The position numbers and the translations under genes were made by a program. A stretch of 63,992 nucleotides of DNA, filler included, from Hausera hauseri (lineage: Eukaryota), in assembly GCA_046269625.1 (NCBI GenBank). It is 12 parts of 12 records of this genome, joined end to end, with 100 filler letters (N's around TTAATTAATTAA, not from the genome) between each part and the next. Parts side by side here need not be neighbours in the genome. Positions count along the whole stretch, not along the records: positions 37,818 to 42,234 come from JBJURY010592112.1; positions 42,335 to 46,566 come from JBJURY010686772.1; positions 46,667 to 51,185 come from JBJURY010543897.1; 9 more parts are not named here. One strand, given 5' to 3'. Shown in pieces: positions 37,818-51,285 of this stretch. The first letter of the stretch is position 1; every line of letters starts with the position of its first letter. The notes below the pieces were generated by a model. That model saw nothing but the letters and a program-made list of their open reading frames with translations. It did not search any database and had not been told where the DNA came from.

Positions 37818-38520
37818 TATCGGAAATTCGATATTATTGATTTTTGCACACTTTCACATATGTTTCTGCACTGCATATCATCCATTAAGGTGCATCTCGA
37901 TGTGCTCTATCTAACTGCACTTGATCCCGATCAATTCCATCAGTCCTGCGCTGCACAATTGCAAAAGTGTGTAAAGTGAAAAAGTGCACCTGCACACCGA
38001 TCGATGATCACAGCAGACTTGAATTGTACCCTGGTTGAAAGTGCATCGACTACTACACACGCCGGTACATGTGCCATTTTGATATCTTTAATTTAAAATT
38101 CATAGCGAAAAGGCCTATGTGCTTTCGGTCCCACTTGCGAATTAATCGAAAACCAATCAATCGATTTAAATTCTAACTGCACATTCATATACAAAATCAA
38201 GTGCACTTGCAATTGCACTCGGTCTCGAGCCCTAACGATCGATTTTTGAAAACTCGAAAATCCAATATTATTGATTTTTGCACACTAGCACATGTGCTGC
38301 ACAATTGCCCTGTGCACCAATCGATGCGCCGTGATGTGCTCTATCGATTAGCACTTTGTCCCGATCGATTCGATCAATAGTGCGCTGTGCAGCGATCGAT
38401 AAGTGAAAATTGCAAAAGTGCCCGTAGTAACGGTGCACTCTCGATCGGCACATGTGCAAAATGGATTTATAGATTACCCCCCCACCGGGGGTGGGACCTA
38501 AAGCACATTTTCACACTACT
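37818..38520. repeat. Internally repetitive element end, possibly a Polinton terminal inverted repeat
   Basis: Dense TGCAC and ATCGAT motifs. A 22-bp direct repeat at ~37831 and ~38265 and an 18-bp inverted repeat at 38117-38134/38491-38508. Ends in ACTACT (AGTAGT on the minus strand). Confidence 0.4.
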
Positions 38521-39949
38521 TAAGACAATGATGCTGCCTTTGTTATTTTAAGATAATTTTTTGTTGTACGATCGGCAATGGATGTTTTGACATTGGCTGT
38601 GTTGCCCACCGTGGACAGTGCCCTTCGGTCGATTTGGTAATCAACCTGACAAGACTATCATGATCTCCCTCATAAACGGTAGTCCTAGCAATGGTTTGTC
38701 AGTAGCTAGCTCACTACACAACACCATCAGCACAAATAACGGACACGGTTCACAATCCTATCGTCAACAGTTGTCCTAATCCCGCCAGACAGAGGCATTA
38801 GACAACATTCAGTTAAGTTCAGTTAACGAAACAACTCCATCAGTTTACTGTCGTATAATGCCGCCATCATGAGGTCGATGTATCTAAAGGGTGTTACCGG
38901 AGTTAATTGGATCAGTGTGGTCGTTGGTGCTGGTAACCGAGTAGCTACGTCGATCAGTTGAATGTATCAGCGTACTCCAATTATTGTAATTCAACGATAA
39001 CTGCAGCACGGAATTATTACAAATCCTCCCAATGTTGCCAATTACAACGGTCTCAACGTCATTCGTAGCGATTAACTCCAATCGCCATAGCAGCAACATG
39101 AATTTGCCCCCGATCGACGGTGCTTCCGGAAATAATTCACTAGCCAATCCGTACTCAAATTTGTTCCGGTGGACAAGTAGCCAGGATATTCCAGAAAGTA
39201 TGAATCTTGAGGGCTCATCAGAAAATGAATGGTATAAAGCCAGTTTATCAGCCATCAATAGTTTACACAGAGTTCTTGGTAATCCTATATGACCATATCA
39301 ATTATTTTACTAGACTATAAAGTGACAAATGAATATTCAATTTTTGCATACTAATTATTTGTTGTATATTAATGTTCCATTTTTTGCTGTACAAAGAAAT
39401 ACATTAGTGTCGTTCAAAAAAACGAAAGTTTATCTAAAATGTTTGTGTACAATTTGCAATTTTATCACCGTGGTGTATTTTTTATGTTTTGTAAATAAGT
39501 CCCGACTTTCCCATGTCTCTGCGTTGGAGTCGCCAAACCTTCGTCAGCTGTGTGGATAATATAATTACACACACAATATTGACAGTGTAAAAATTAATAA
39601 ATATTGAACAAAAGAATTGCAATTGTTCATATGAAAATATTAATTCAGGAGTGGTCATATTACTTTTAGTTGTGTAAAGGCGATAGAATTTTGTACTTTT
39701 GTATCAAAATATACATGTTTCGGGTATATTACATTTTGGAGGATATTTCATTTTATCGCAATAAAATGATGGATATTAATTTGGTGCCGGCGATGTTCGA
39801 TGGAGATAATCTGAGGCACCCACAAATTCTGGTCATTATTTGAATTATTACAAATTTATTTTGGACCAGAAACCCTCTGAAGTCATACCGACTATCCGAC
39901 ATACGATTTCTTTGGCATTTGAGGAAAACAGGTTTTCTGTCTGAGCGGT

Positions 39950-41366
39950 TGATGAATTGCCGTTGAATCGGCTGATATCTACTTTAGTGATATAAAGGGA
40001 ATTATGAATCAATATGAAAATTTGCTTGAATGCGCGTTATCGTTGAAATTGGAAAGGAAAGGAGAATTGTGGAGTGCCTGAATGTAGGAAATCTCTCATC
40101 GGACATGGATGTCATTATTTGGATGGATGTTATTTGTGCATTTGGTGGACTTGAAATATTGGAATCGAGTGATACAACATTTGCCTGTGAAAAACCAAAT
40201 GTATCAAAAACGTGTTTTACGGATAGTAAGATGAAAAGGCAGTCTGGTGGTTGTCTTAAACTATTTTGGTCATATTATTGTTAAGGGGGAAATTTTTCGG
40301 CTTGGTTCAGTGGTGAGTGCAATGCGGTATGGATTAGGCAGATAAATTGATAAGGAAAGGGTATTTGGTTCATTATGACACATCGGTCATGGGCCCGGTT
40401 AAGAGCTTGATTGAAGTGAAGCAGCCTGTTGTGCAGCGACCTCAGGCGCCATCGACATTTTTGGCAATCAGTCCATCATTCAATGCCATTATGCCGGTGC
40501 GTTTTCTGTCTTATCCGTCGCCCTTTTGGTTCTTGTTCGACGGGTGGTCGAATGGTCATTTAACTAGCCCAGTCAATAATTTTGTATCCGTTGTGAAAAA
40601 TAAAGACAAAGTTTATCCTGGGCTCAACAAACCAAAACAAATCTATTCAATCAAAGTTCCGAACAATGCATTTACTTTTCCCAAAAGTCTAACTAGTAAA
40701 TTACGTCCAGAAACCATAATTTCCGAAACTTCAAAGCCAATAGAGTGTATTGATGAAATAAAATTCACAAAGGTCTCTCACATCGATGTACTTGCCATCG
40801 AATGCCAAGGAAAACTGAAATCCGACCAGGGTGTTAACAAACTAATACACATCAGACTGTCATGCATAAGTGCCAGCGCTTTTTGTTAACCAGAATGAGC
40901 TTTGGATTCGGCACTGCAACAACGGTGATATCAGCATTGTTCAGAAAATTTTGGTTATGAGATACGATATCAAAGACGCTACTGTTATATACATAAATGA
41001 CATTAGAGAAAAATTATAGTCGAGGACGTTCAAAAACACCTAGGTAAATATGAACTGAAAACAATGAAATCAGAAAGGATTGTAGATGGTAGTACAGTTC
41101 GCATGACGCGAAGACCTAACTGTTTGCTAGATATGTTGGAAACTGACGAAAATCTTACCAAGCGCAAGTTATTTTCAATTTGTGGACAGCTTATTGAAAA
41201 TAATCCGTGTAATACCATTGATCTGAGTTGCACTCCAATATATCAATTTTTGTTTTTATCTGTATTTACGGATTCGTGCTTGAGAATGTTTGTGAGTTAA
41301 TGCTTGCTTGTTTCGTATGCTTGGATTTAATAAAATTGTTTGCCTGCTTTTGTTGTGGATCACACA
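39950..41366 (+). mobile_element. Highly decayed LTR-retrotransposon remnant
   Basis: Protease-like ...DMDVIIWMDVI..FGG (cf. DVILGMD). Possible short LTR TGTA...AATAAA...CACA at 41261-41366. Confidence 0.35.
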
Positions 41367-43456
41367 AAGAGATACTGAAATATCAGTAGAATAAGAGTAT
41401 CTTGTTTTGTTCAGAGGGGGATCAGCAGGATCTGATTGATTTGGCTGTACCTGCGACTACTCTGTGTCCCCCTGTGTTTTTACCCTGCATAATATTTTGA
41501 TGAATGCTGCGTATCCTGAAATCGCTCCACACAACATAAAATCGAATTAAATCACCTGGATACAATCTGTAATTGATTAGAAGCGTCTAGGAGGAGGGAA
41601 AATGTCATTAATAACTAGAAGTATTTTGTAAAAAGAGATAAATTAAGTGATTTTGTTTCATGTGTTTATTTGGTGTATAATGCCGCTCTTTAAGCTGGTT
41701 GGAGATATCAGGATGTCACATTCAAAGCATGAGTCTTGAATGTGATCCGCCGCTGTTTCACCTTGACAGATGCCTTTGTCACGGCTCCCAACAGGCCAGA
41801 TTCAGACGTTATGTTTTATCGTCGTTGGTTGCTGTGTACCAAACCAGGAGCTGGATTACTAAAGCATGAAATGAAAGCACGGTACTCTCCTCTCCACTTC
41901 ACAGTGTATGACTTTGTTTCAAATCAATACTGTAAATTACTGAAGGCGTGGGATGAGGATATGCCAAATGATATTCATTGAAGGGAATCATGTTCCCCTG
42001 GGCTGTCAATAAAGCAAAGCATGTTCCTTCACTTCAGTCCCTGGCAAGCCTATCACGGAAAGGAAATTTCTACTTTGTCAGGTTGCATTTTTCATGAATA
42101 ACAATTACAGATTTTCATAATTTCTTTCAACAGTACACTGCCTGAGTGATTGATCTTCCTAAATTTACCCATCCATTCCTAACAGCTGACAATGCACTGC
42201 ACATTGTACATACATATTTGTTTTGATTTCATGCNNNNNNNNNNNNNNNNNNNNNNNNNNNNNNNNNNNNNNNNNNNNTTAATTAATTAANNNNNNNNNN
42301 NNNNNNNNNNNNNNNNNNNNNNNNNNNNNNNNNNGGCGTGCATCCCTGTGTTTTCTACATGTGTGTGTGTGTGTGTGTGTTCCCACAGTGCCACTGGCTA
42401 CTGTCAGCTCGGCGCCTCATGCAGCTCGTTTCATGTGCCCGCCGCTGGCTAAAACAAAACATTAACATTGGCCTGGAGTTGCTTCAGTTCATTTTCAAAG
42501 AACAATGACTGAGGAGGAACGGCCTCGTTGCATGTTTATTTCATGATGCACAGTGTGGGCGTTCAGAAGTGGGAAGCGGTTTGGCTCAGCTCAGAGATCG
42601 CCTGTGTTTTGAGGACTAGTGTACACGGGTAAGTACACGTCAGAATGTTTGTACGTTTAGATATATGTCTCGGTTTGACAGCGGATAGCTTTAGGAGACT
42701 GACTTATCAGCAGAACTTTCAGTTTGTTCATCTAGAGTGGAGGATGTATATGAAAGTGGAATGTGGATGCAGGAGGAAACCTGCTGCCGGGGCTTCTCTT
42801 ACAATGCTCCACTGGCTTCATCTTGTCCAAACTGCAATGACAGAATTATGTTGAAGATATGACTAACAGCTTCATGGTTTGTTTGGGGCTGAATATTTAT
42901 TAACTTTTTTTTCCAACAAACAACAAATTAAAAACCATAAAAATATTTATTTAAAACATTTAAATTCTTTATTTATTCGATTTAATCCATTTTCGGTTAA
43001 CTCCATACAAAGAGCCGCAGCTGTGAAACTTAAGTCAGTAATTTACTCACTGTGTATTGAGTCACGTAAACTGATACATTTGAGATGGAATTCAGTCGTC
43101 ATATCTTGAAAATTAAGTCAATTAAAACCAATAAATAAAACCTTTAATATTTTCTGTATCAGTAATTCCCAATGTCGACAAATTCAACCCATTAGGTGCA
43201 ACGTTTCCCGATTTGTCTAAAATTAAATAATTATTTGCAATGGAAAGAATATTTCGTTTAATGTTAATAGATTGTAAATCGGTTATGACAACAAAATCTC
43301 TACTTGTAGAATAGCTGCACTGAAAATGTCAACTCATTGCAAAAACGAATATTAATAAATTTTCTAACGATATTATCATACAAGTCCATTCTACACCAAT
43401 CCACGAATATAGTTAATTGCAATTACCAAAATTCAGAAAGATATTTAAACAAGATA

Positions 43457-43642
43457 CTATAAAATTGTTCTGGAATCTTTTCGACAGTCATTCCCATCAA
43501 CAAGAACTTGTGGAACAATGTCGGAATATTTCCGAGCAAATTCCTTGACAACATCAATCATATGTTCACATTCTCGAACTGCCAGAAAATTGACAACGTA
43601 CGGTTCTGTTATTTGAACAATTTTTGAGTTCCTTCCTAACAT
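43457..43642 (-). pseudogene. ENDOV: Endonuclease V fragment
   Basis: VQITEPYVVNFLAVRE...PQVLVDGN resembles PYVSGFLAFRE...PQVLLVDGNG. Confidence 0.65.
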
Positions 43643-44664
43643 CTAAAAATTTGACATCAAATATTTATGACCACATGATAAACGTGAGTATATCAAATTA
43701 TGAACTACTTCATTTACTTTCATTTCTAAGCAATAAAAAATCACTTAACTGTATTAAGATTATACTATTTTGATCAAGAATTTCACCAAAACATTAGGAA
43801 GGATTTCACGATCATAAGATCATTTTATTACTTTTCAAAAAAACTGAGTTCAAAAATACAACGTACTACCATTGAATATCACGTCAGTAAAAATCAAATT
43901 AGTTCTGACAAAATTACCTTTAATGTTCTGATATCAACCGAGACAACCGTCACACATGCGACGTCTCGGCTTAATTTAGAAAAAGATATATCAATTCCAC
44001 CAACATACATTAGATCATCTGGAATTCTACCACAAAGTATAAATATTTAATTTCTGATTCGTTATAACTTCTTTAATCGTTAATCATTGTATCATCCAAA
44101 TTTCTACAAAAGATAAATTAATTATCGAACGTCTACTACACACAACGATTTATTCATAAACCATTTAGTTCAAATAATATATTTATTTCGTCAATGTCTT
44201 CTAATGTTAGGGCGCATATTGGGCACAACAATGAACAATTTTCGTCCATAATCATGATATCCAGTTTGGTAATTTCCTCACATTGACAACATTTAAACGG
44301 ATACTCTTCCTGTTCCAGGTTTCTAATAAAACTGCATAGTCGGCATGGACTCCCTTCTTCTATTTGAATCTGGTTTTGACATACAAAGCATGCTAAATTA
44401 ATATGATCAATTTACAAAATGTTCATATTTCTCTGTTAATATTTCTCTTTAATTCCTTCTAACTTCTCTTTTAGTAATGATTATTTATTTCTACCTTCTT
44501 CCAATGCATCCCTTTCAAAATCTACTAGAGCATCTAATCGTCAATAGTTCTCCAGAATATGATCATTCCTCAAAGGTGTCAGCACTCATATACATATCAA
44601 GCAATCACCAGCAATCGAATAACTACATTATTAGAGTCACAGAACTATATGCAATATTCATAAA

Positions 44665-44925
44665 TTAGTGTAGTTGATACCTAAGTCCATTTGGTCGGAG
44701 CAAATATATGCCGTCATCGTTTTCTTCATCGTCATCATGGAGCACCACTACAGTGATTTCCCGACACTGGTATGCCGTCACCTTTCTCCGACAAAAGGGG
44801 AAAGTCTGGTTCTTTCTTAACCAGTTATCGGCACAGTTGACACACGTGTGTACAGCGAAACAATGCGCATTTTCTTCCCAAAGGTCCGTAACATCTTGCA
44901 CTTGGTAGGCTTATCATCTAAATAT
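44665..44925 (-). pseudogene. Degenerate RING-finger gene
   Basis: HTCVNCADNW.....FPFCR is a RING C-terminal half with a ligand substitution, followed by an acidic tail. Confidence 0.5.
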
Positions 44926-46666
44926 TTCATCAATGTTAATATTATTTAAAATAATTATCGGCATCTACGTCTTGCTATTTTCTTTTTTTAATGGGAAGAG
45001 CGCAATTTCCTCACTCGGGGCACCAAATTATGTTAGCAAAGGGGTCATGCGCATATGTAGACGCCTAACCTTTACTTCATGCAAACATATAAACTATAAA
45101 GGAAATTGTGGATTTAGTTGGAATAAAGTTTTATGTATTCACTCTTTTTTCTCGAAATATTCATCCCATTTTTTAAGGTTTAACTATGAAGAATGGATAT
45201 GTTATCCACCTATATAACGTGATGTAAAATTTATTGAATAGAAAATAAATCGTTGTTATGTTGTATATTTTAACCTTTCCTTTAACTGTATGCTTAATTG
45301 TAAAGTCATCGAAAGAATGTCAGAATTAATGGTAATCACTTAGATTTATTTTATTATATCTTAAAACTACTTTTATTACAAAAGTTATTCGTTTGTGTGT
45401 CGTTACTTCATAAATTGGTGCATCCTATATATTGAATCTTTTATATGATATTATTTCTTTTTCAGTGACCCTTATGTATTAAATCTTTTATACGATATCA
45501 TTTCCTTTCACTATGAATATTATTTCTATTTATCACGTGCCTTTATCATAATCACAGATCACAAGTCAGCATAGACGAAGTAATTAAGTTTCTCAAAGTA
45601 ATCCAATTACTTATCTACGAAGAATAAATGTTTATTAATATAATTGTATGGTTACTATAACAATTTAAAAGTTAATCTACAATTTCTAATTAACAAGTTG
45701 CACTCAAATGGGAAACACCATTTAGTCCACTATTTAATAAACTATGTCTAATAACCAACATTGCTGACATTATAGGAGTACTGCTCTTGATTAAGTAGGT
45801 GATTTATCATAGTTAAGATAAAATTTGGTTGCCGAGGATTCATACGGATATCTGTCTTCAAGACTACACACCAACCCTGAAGCATTTATGTGAAATTAAG
45901 TGTTATTAATATATACTTAATCTAAAATATATACATAAAACATTCGTTGGTACGACCACACAGTAATTGATAATGATTATTAGTATTTATTAAACTAATC
46001 TTATAATTACTTACCAGAAAGCTCTATACCAGACGATTCGTGATCATTTGAATTTTGTTCTGACATAATGGGACTACTTCCAAGTTCTATGATTAATTTC
46101 TTTTCAGATAATTTTCTCGCTGGATCAGAATGTATAACAATTAATCGTTAAACTTGGATACCAATGAATAAATTCTGTATTCCTTTGATTCTGAAGCATT
46201 ATTTAAAGGTATCAATGATAATTAAGTCTAGTCACCTGATTACAAACCAAAATTTTTATTCAACGCTGTGCTTCTAGAATATTTCGACGAATCTGTATAA
46301 CCACTGTCGATGCAAATCTAAATCTTTTGTAAAGGTTATTATTGTGTTTTTGCGTGTCAACTTTCAAAAGTGGTTATCTTATATACTAAGCTGATGACAA
46401 TTTATTATTTTACCTGTCAATTTAAAAAATTCCATTTTTCTAACGTGATATGCTACCATATATTGATTTATTGCTAATCCTGAAATCTTTAAACGCTATC
46501 ACTAATTCTGGGAATTGGTATATGATTTATTGCCCATTATAAAATATATGTTATTTCTGAATATTANNNNNNNNNNNNNNNNNNNNNNNNNNNNNNNNNN
46601 NNNNNNNNNNTTAATTAATTAANNNNNNNNNNNNNNNNNNNNNNNNNNNNNNNNNNNNNNNNNNNN

Positions 46667-49600
46667 GTCATTACACCTTTCGGCCTTTTCGAGTACCTCT
46701 TTATGCCTTTTGGATTCCGTAGTGCTTCCCAGACCTTCCAAAGTTATATCGATACAGGTTTTCAGGTTTAGACTTTGCCTATCCCTATATTGATGACATA
46801 TTAATTGCATCATCTTCCTCGAAGCAGCACTCCGAACACCTACGTTTGATCTTCCAACGCTTGCACCAAAAACAACTTGCAAATAAATTTCTCCAAATGC
46901 TCTTTCTTTCAACATAAGGTCAACTTCCTAGGACATGTTATCAGCTCATCCGGGCACTCACCTCAGCCAGACCGCATCACATAGCTCAAAAACATACAGC
47001 TACCACGTACATCAACAGAAATGCGTTCTTTCCTCGGAACCTTGCACTTTATTCATAAGTACGTTCCACATTGCTCCAATCTAACCGCTCCATTTGCATC
47101 ACTAAGCTCTGGCAAGAAGAAACAGTCTATTCAATGGACCGCCAATTTAGTCAATGCTTCCGATCGTCTCAAAGACAATTTGATAACTGTAGAAATCCTA
47201 ACCTATTCAGACTTCCATGCGGAACTTTTCTTAACCACCGACACATCCACAACAGCTGCAAGTGCTGTCCTCCATCAAGTTAAAAATGGATCCCATGAGC
47301 CATTGGAATTCTTTTCCCGAAAATTTACAGCCCAAGAGCAAAAACATTCTACCTTTGACCGGGAGTTGCTTGCAATGGTCCTTGCTGTAAAACACTTCAA
47401 ACATTTGCGTACTGCAAGAACTTTTACAATACAAACGGACCACAAGCCCTTGCTTCAAATTCCCACTACGAAATCGCCTTCTCCACGTCAGGAGAGGCAA
47501 ATATTGTATTTGTCAAAATTTAGTTTTAAAATTAAGCACTTAAACAGAGTCGACAATTTAGTAGCTGACTTTTTGTCTCGATCGGTCAGCTCGATTGATT
47601 TTACACCAGTTTTTCCTCAGTCCAAACTTCAGCAAAACCAGTCACCTTCTGACTTCCTTAAATCTTTTAAATCTTGCAAAACCATCGACGGTGTGGTCTT
47701 TGACGCCTCCAAACCTAATAATCCCAAAATTCTTCTTTCTGAGTCGCTTCAAAAGGAAGCGTTCCACAGCATACATTCGTTGCATCATCCTGGTGCCAAA
47801 GCCACTTTTCAACTCTTACAACGCCAAGTAGTACGGCCGTCGATGCGCTCTGACGTGCAGGCATGGGTTACTCAATGTGTGGCATGCCAAAAATACAAAA
47901 TTACTAAGCATCTAAAGCCACCACTATTTCATCGAATCTGTCCACATTGACCTTGTACGCCCATTACCTTTAGACAACGGTCATCAGTTTATCCTCACAA
48001 TGATGGACCGTTTTTCGCGATGACCAGAGGCTGTTCCACTTTGGAGCACCAACACAGAAACAGTCGCAGACGTTTTCATCTTCACTTGGATCAGCAGGTT
48101 TGGATCACCTCGCCACATTATTTTGGACCAAGGTCAACAGTTCGAATCCAACCTGCTTAAAGCTCTTGTCAATCGATTGGGAATTAATCACATTCACACA
48201 TCACCATACCATCCCCAATCAAACGGCCTTTTCGAAAGCTTCCACCGAACAATGAACACGTCTCTCAAAATTCTTGCTGAGTACAATCGCAGTTGGACTA
48301 CACTACTTCCGTACGTTCTGCTTGGTTGGCGGAACACACCATCTACTTCTACAGGCTGTTCACATGCAGAAGCATTATTTGGCACTTCCATCAGATCATT
48401 ATTTAAGCTGACTGAGCTGGACAATACTCCTACAGAAGAAACCATACAAGCGGCACAGAGACATTTCGTTGAGATCAGCAAAGACTTATTTTGCAGACTG
48501 TTACATGCAAATAAACCCTACATATCTGACGATTTATATACTGCCAAGTTAGTTTGGTTAAAGAATCAAACGCCGTGTGGCTTTCAACCTAAGTATATAG
48601 GCCCTTACAAAGTAATTCGTTTACACTCCCACAACATTATCATTCTCAAAGACGACAAAAAAGTAACCGTTAACATCAATAATGCTAAACCGGCCTTCTT
48701 CATTGACGACACGTCTCACATCGAAACCACTTCTCTACCAACATCTTTACACGACGCGCAGTAATCTAACAATCCACCTTCCATCTCTGCTCAATTCTTC
48801 AACCCACTTTCGCCTACATTTTCTCTCAAAACTTTCACTTCAATTTCTTCTAACAATTCAGCTTCCTTCTCCCCATCCGATTTTGCACCTTCAAGCTTTC
48901 CACCACCTCCTTCACCTCCTCACAACCTGCTTTCTCCTTTTCAGCACTTCCTCCATGAAACACCATTTCGACTTCACCAGTCTCTCTATCTACACCTTTC
49001 ATCATTCCAACCTCTTGCACACCATCCTCCAACTACTTTCCTTCGCATAGTCTATCTTCTTGCTCTCTATCGCCTTGTAGCTCTTCGTCGCTTTCTCTTT
49101 CTCTCTATCCCTCTCGTTCCACACCTTCTTCATCTTCGACGCTTTCTTCCCCCCTTTCTCCTCACACATCATCTTTTACTCCTTTCACTTCCGCTTCACA
49201 ACTTTCTCCTTTCTTTACCTCTTTCCCTATCCCTTTTCCTCTCTCTACTACAACTTCTGTTTCATCTTCAACTTCCACTCTCTCACACAATTCAATTCCA
49301 ACCTCTACTACAACTTCTCTTTCTCTTCTTTTATCCGCCACTACACATTTTATCATCCCTCCATCTTCTAACACTTTCTTGAATACCTTTAACCACCTAT
49401 CTTCAACAATCTCTCTTTCTCCTTCACCTTCTTTTCTTCATTCTGATTCGTCTTCGCACGACACAACACTTACAACAAAATCCGATAATTTTTTCCCCAA
49501 CTTCAACCTCTGCAAACAAACACACAGAATAAAAACAAAACACGCAGAGTCACATTCAGCAAGTATGGCAGGGAAAAATCATTAGAAGGCACCCAACGTA

Positions 49601-49828
49601 TTGTCCACACTAAGACCGACTGACAGACACTTTTTTGTTTTGCGTTTTTTCTCTTACCATTTTACCCTTTATAGTTTTCACTTTGCCACGGGGGGGTGAT
49701 GTTGTGCCGACTGCGGCCGGCGTCCTCTGGCCCATTTGGTTGGGCACGGCCGGGCCCCTGTTGCCGCCGAGTCGGGCCCATAATCGAGCCCGATTTTCCA
49801 CTTCTAAAAACATTCAAAATCAAATTCA
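46667..49828 (+). mobile_element. Ty3/Gypsy element, family A copy 3 (RT-RH-IN, CT-rich tail, PPT, LTR from 49700)
   Basis: YIDD at ~46788; ORFs 47021-47950 and 48123-48764 are closely similar to copy 1; GGGGGGGTGA|TGTTGTG. Confidence 0.93.
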
Positions 49829-51285
49829 GGAAAAACAAATCAGAGAACAGGCCAAACAGCAATTAGTGAATATGAGGAGTGCTCAGATCGTGTCCGATGT
49901 GACTATTCCCAAATTTTTTTTCATTACGACAAGATTCAAACAAATTATTGAACAGCAATGAATACAACAGTCACAAAAAGCAACAACAATCAATCAATGT
50001 CAAAATTTTCCACTCATCATTACCAGATATGCCATTATCACAACCGGTACCTCACATATTTGTCGGAAGTTGTATTACCACGAATAAAATGCCATTGGTC
50101 ACATTGAAAGTTTTCCTCAAAGGCAACAAATATCCCGTCACTGTTGAGAAAGGCTACATACAAGTTCTCAAGAGAATCGAAGCACAAACACCAATATACG
50201 AAAATGGTCTATCTGTTTACCGATTTGAAAACGTTGCAATGTGTGACTACATCAGAAAATTCATGATGAAACTCAGCTTTTTGAAGAAATGACAATAACA
50301 AAATATTCGGACATTCATTATCATAATATGGAATCAGTAATTTTTTGTTCAATTCAAAAATATCGGTTTCACATTAACAATACTAAAGAAACCAATCTCT
50401 TACCGAAACTCATGGTATCAAAAGTCATTTCAAAATTAAAGGATATTTCATTCGATCCGAACTTCTTATCTGTTCAAGATTCGTACAAACGAAAGTGTGA
50501 TTAGTTAATTGACACTCGAATTACTAATAATGTTAATACTGAACCAAAATGTCCAGTCGATAAATCTCAAGTTAACAGTCAACTACAGACGTTAATCAAA
50601 CGTCGAATAGCTGCTAAATATCGACGAACGGTGAGTGAAAGTCAAATTTCAACGAAAGTAAGCAGATTATCCACCCAAGGTGATTTAAACCGATATTCCA
50701 AAAAGTCCGCGATAAGTCATCACAATTCGATTACGTTAATCATTCTAGTTCAGTGCATTTCAAACAGATGATACCAGTTATTATGTCGTTTATTTATTTT
50801 GTAAACAAATGTGTACATAGATCCTTGTATAGAAATTATAACAAATTGAGTTGTTAATTATAAAGGTAGACAAATAATATTCTTGGTCTTCTATTTCTGT
50901 ATTCAGTTGCATATGTTCTGTGAGCAAAACATTAAAATGAATTGTTTCCTTGAATGCAATGTTTTTCACAGTGTCCTTTTGGTACTGCATGATTTTCTTT
51001 AACTAATCATCCACTGTAAGAATACAGCACTTAATTGTTTACCAAGTATAACCCACACTGGGAGGAAAAGGAAGGAATGTTTGCCAAATGTGTCCAAAAT
51101 ATGGGGGCAGAGGTGAGGGAGGGAAGTGAGGATTTAAGATATGTGGGCACTTGTGCCATCTTATATTTGTGCAGGTGTCTTGAAGNNNNNNNNNNNNNNN
51201 NNNNNNNNNNNNNNNNNNNNNNNNNNNNNTTAATTAATTAANNNNNNNNNNNNNNNNNNNNNNNNNNNNNNNNNNNNNNNNNNNN

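Noticed and set aside
49830-50700. Host gene fragments after Gypsy copy 3
   Set aside because: Coding-like but no recognisable family, so left uncalled.
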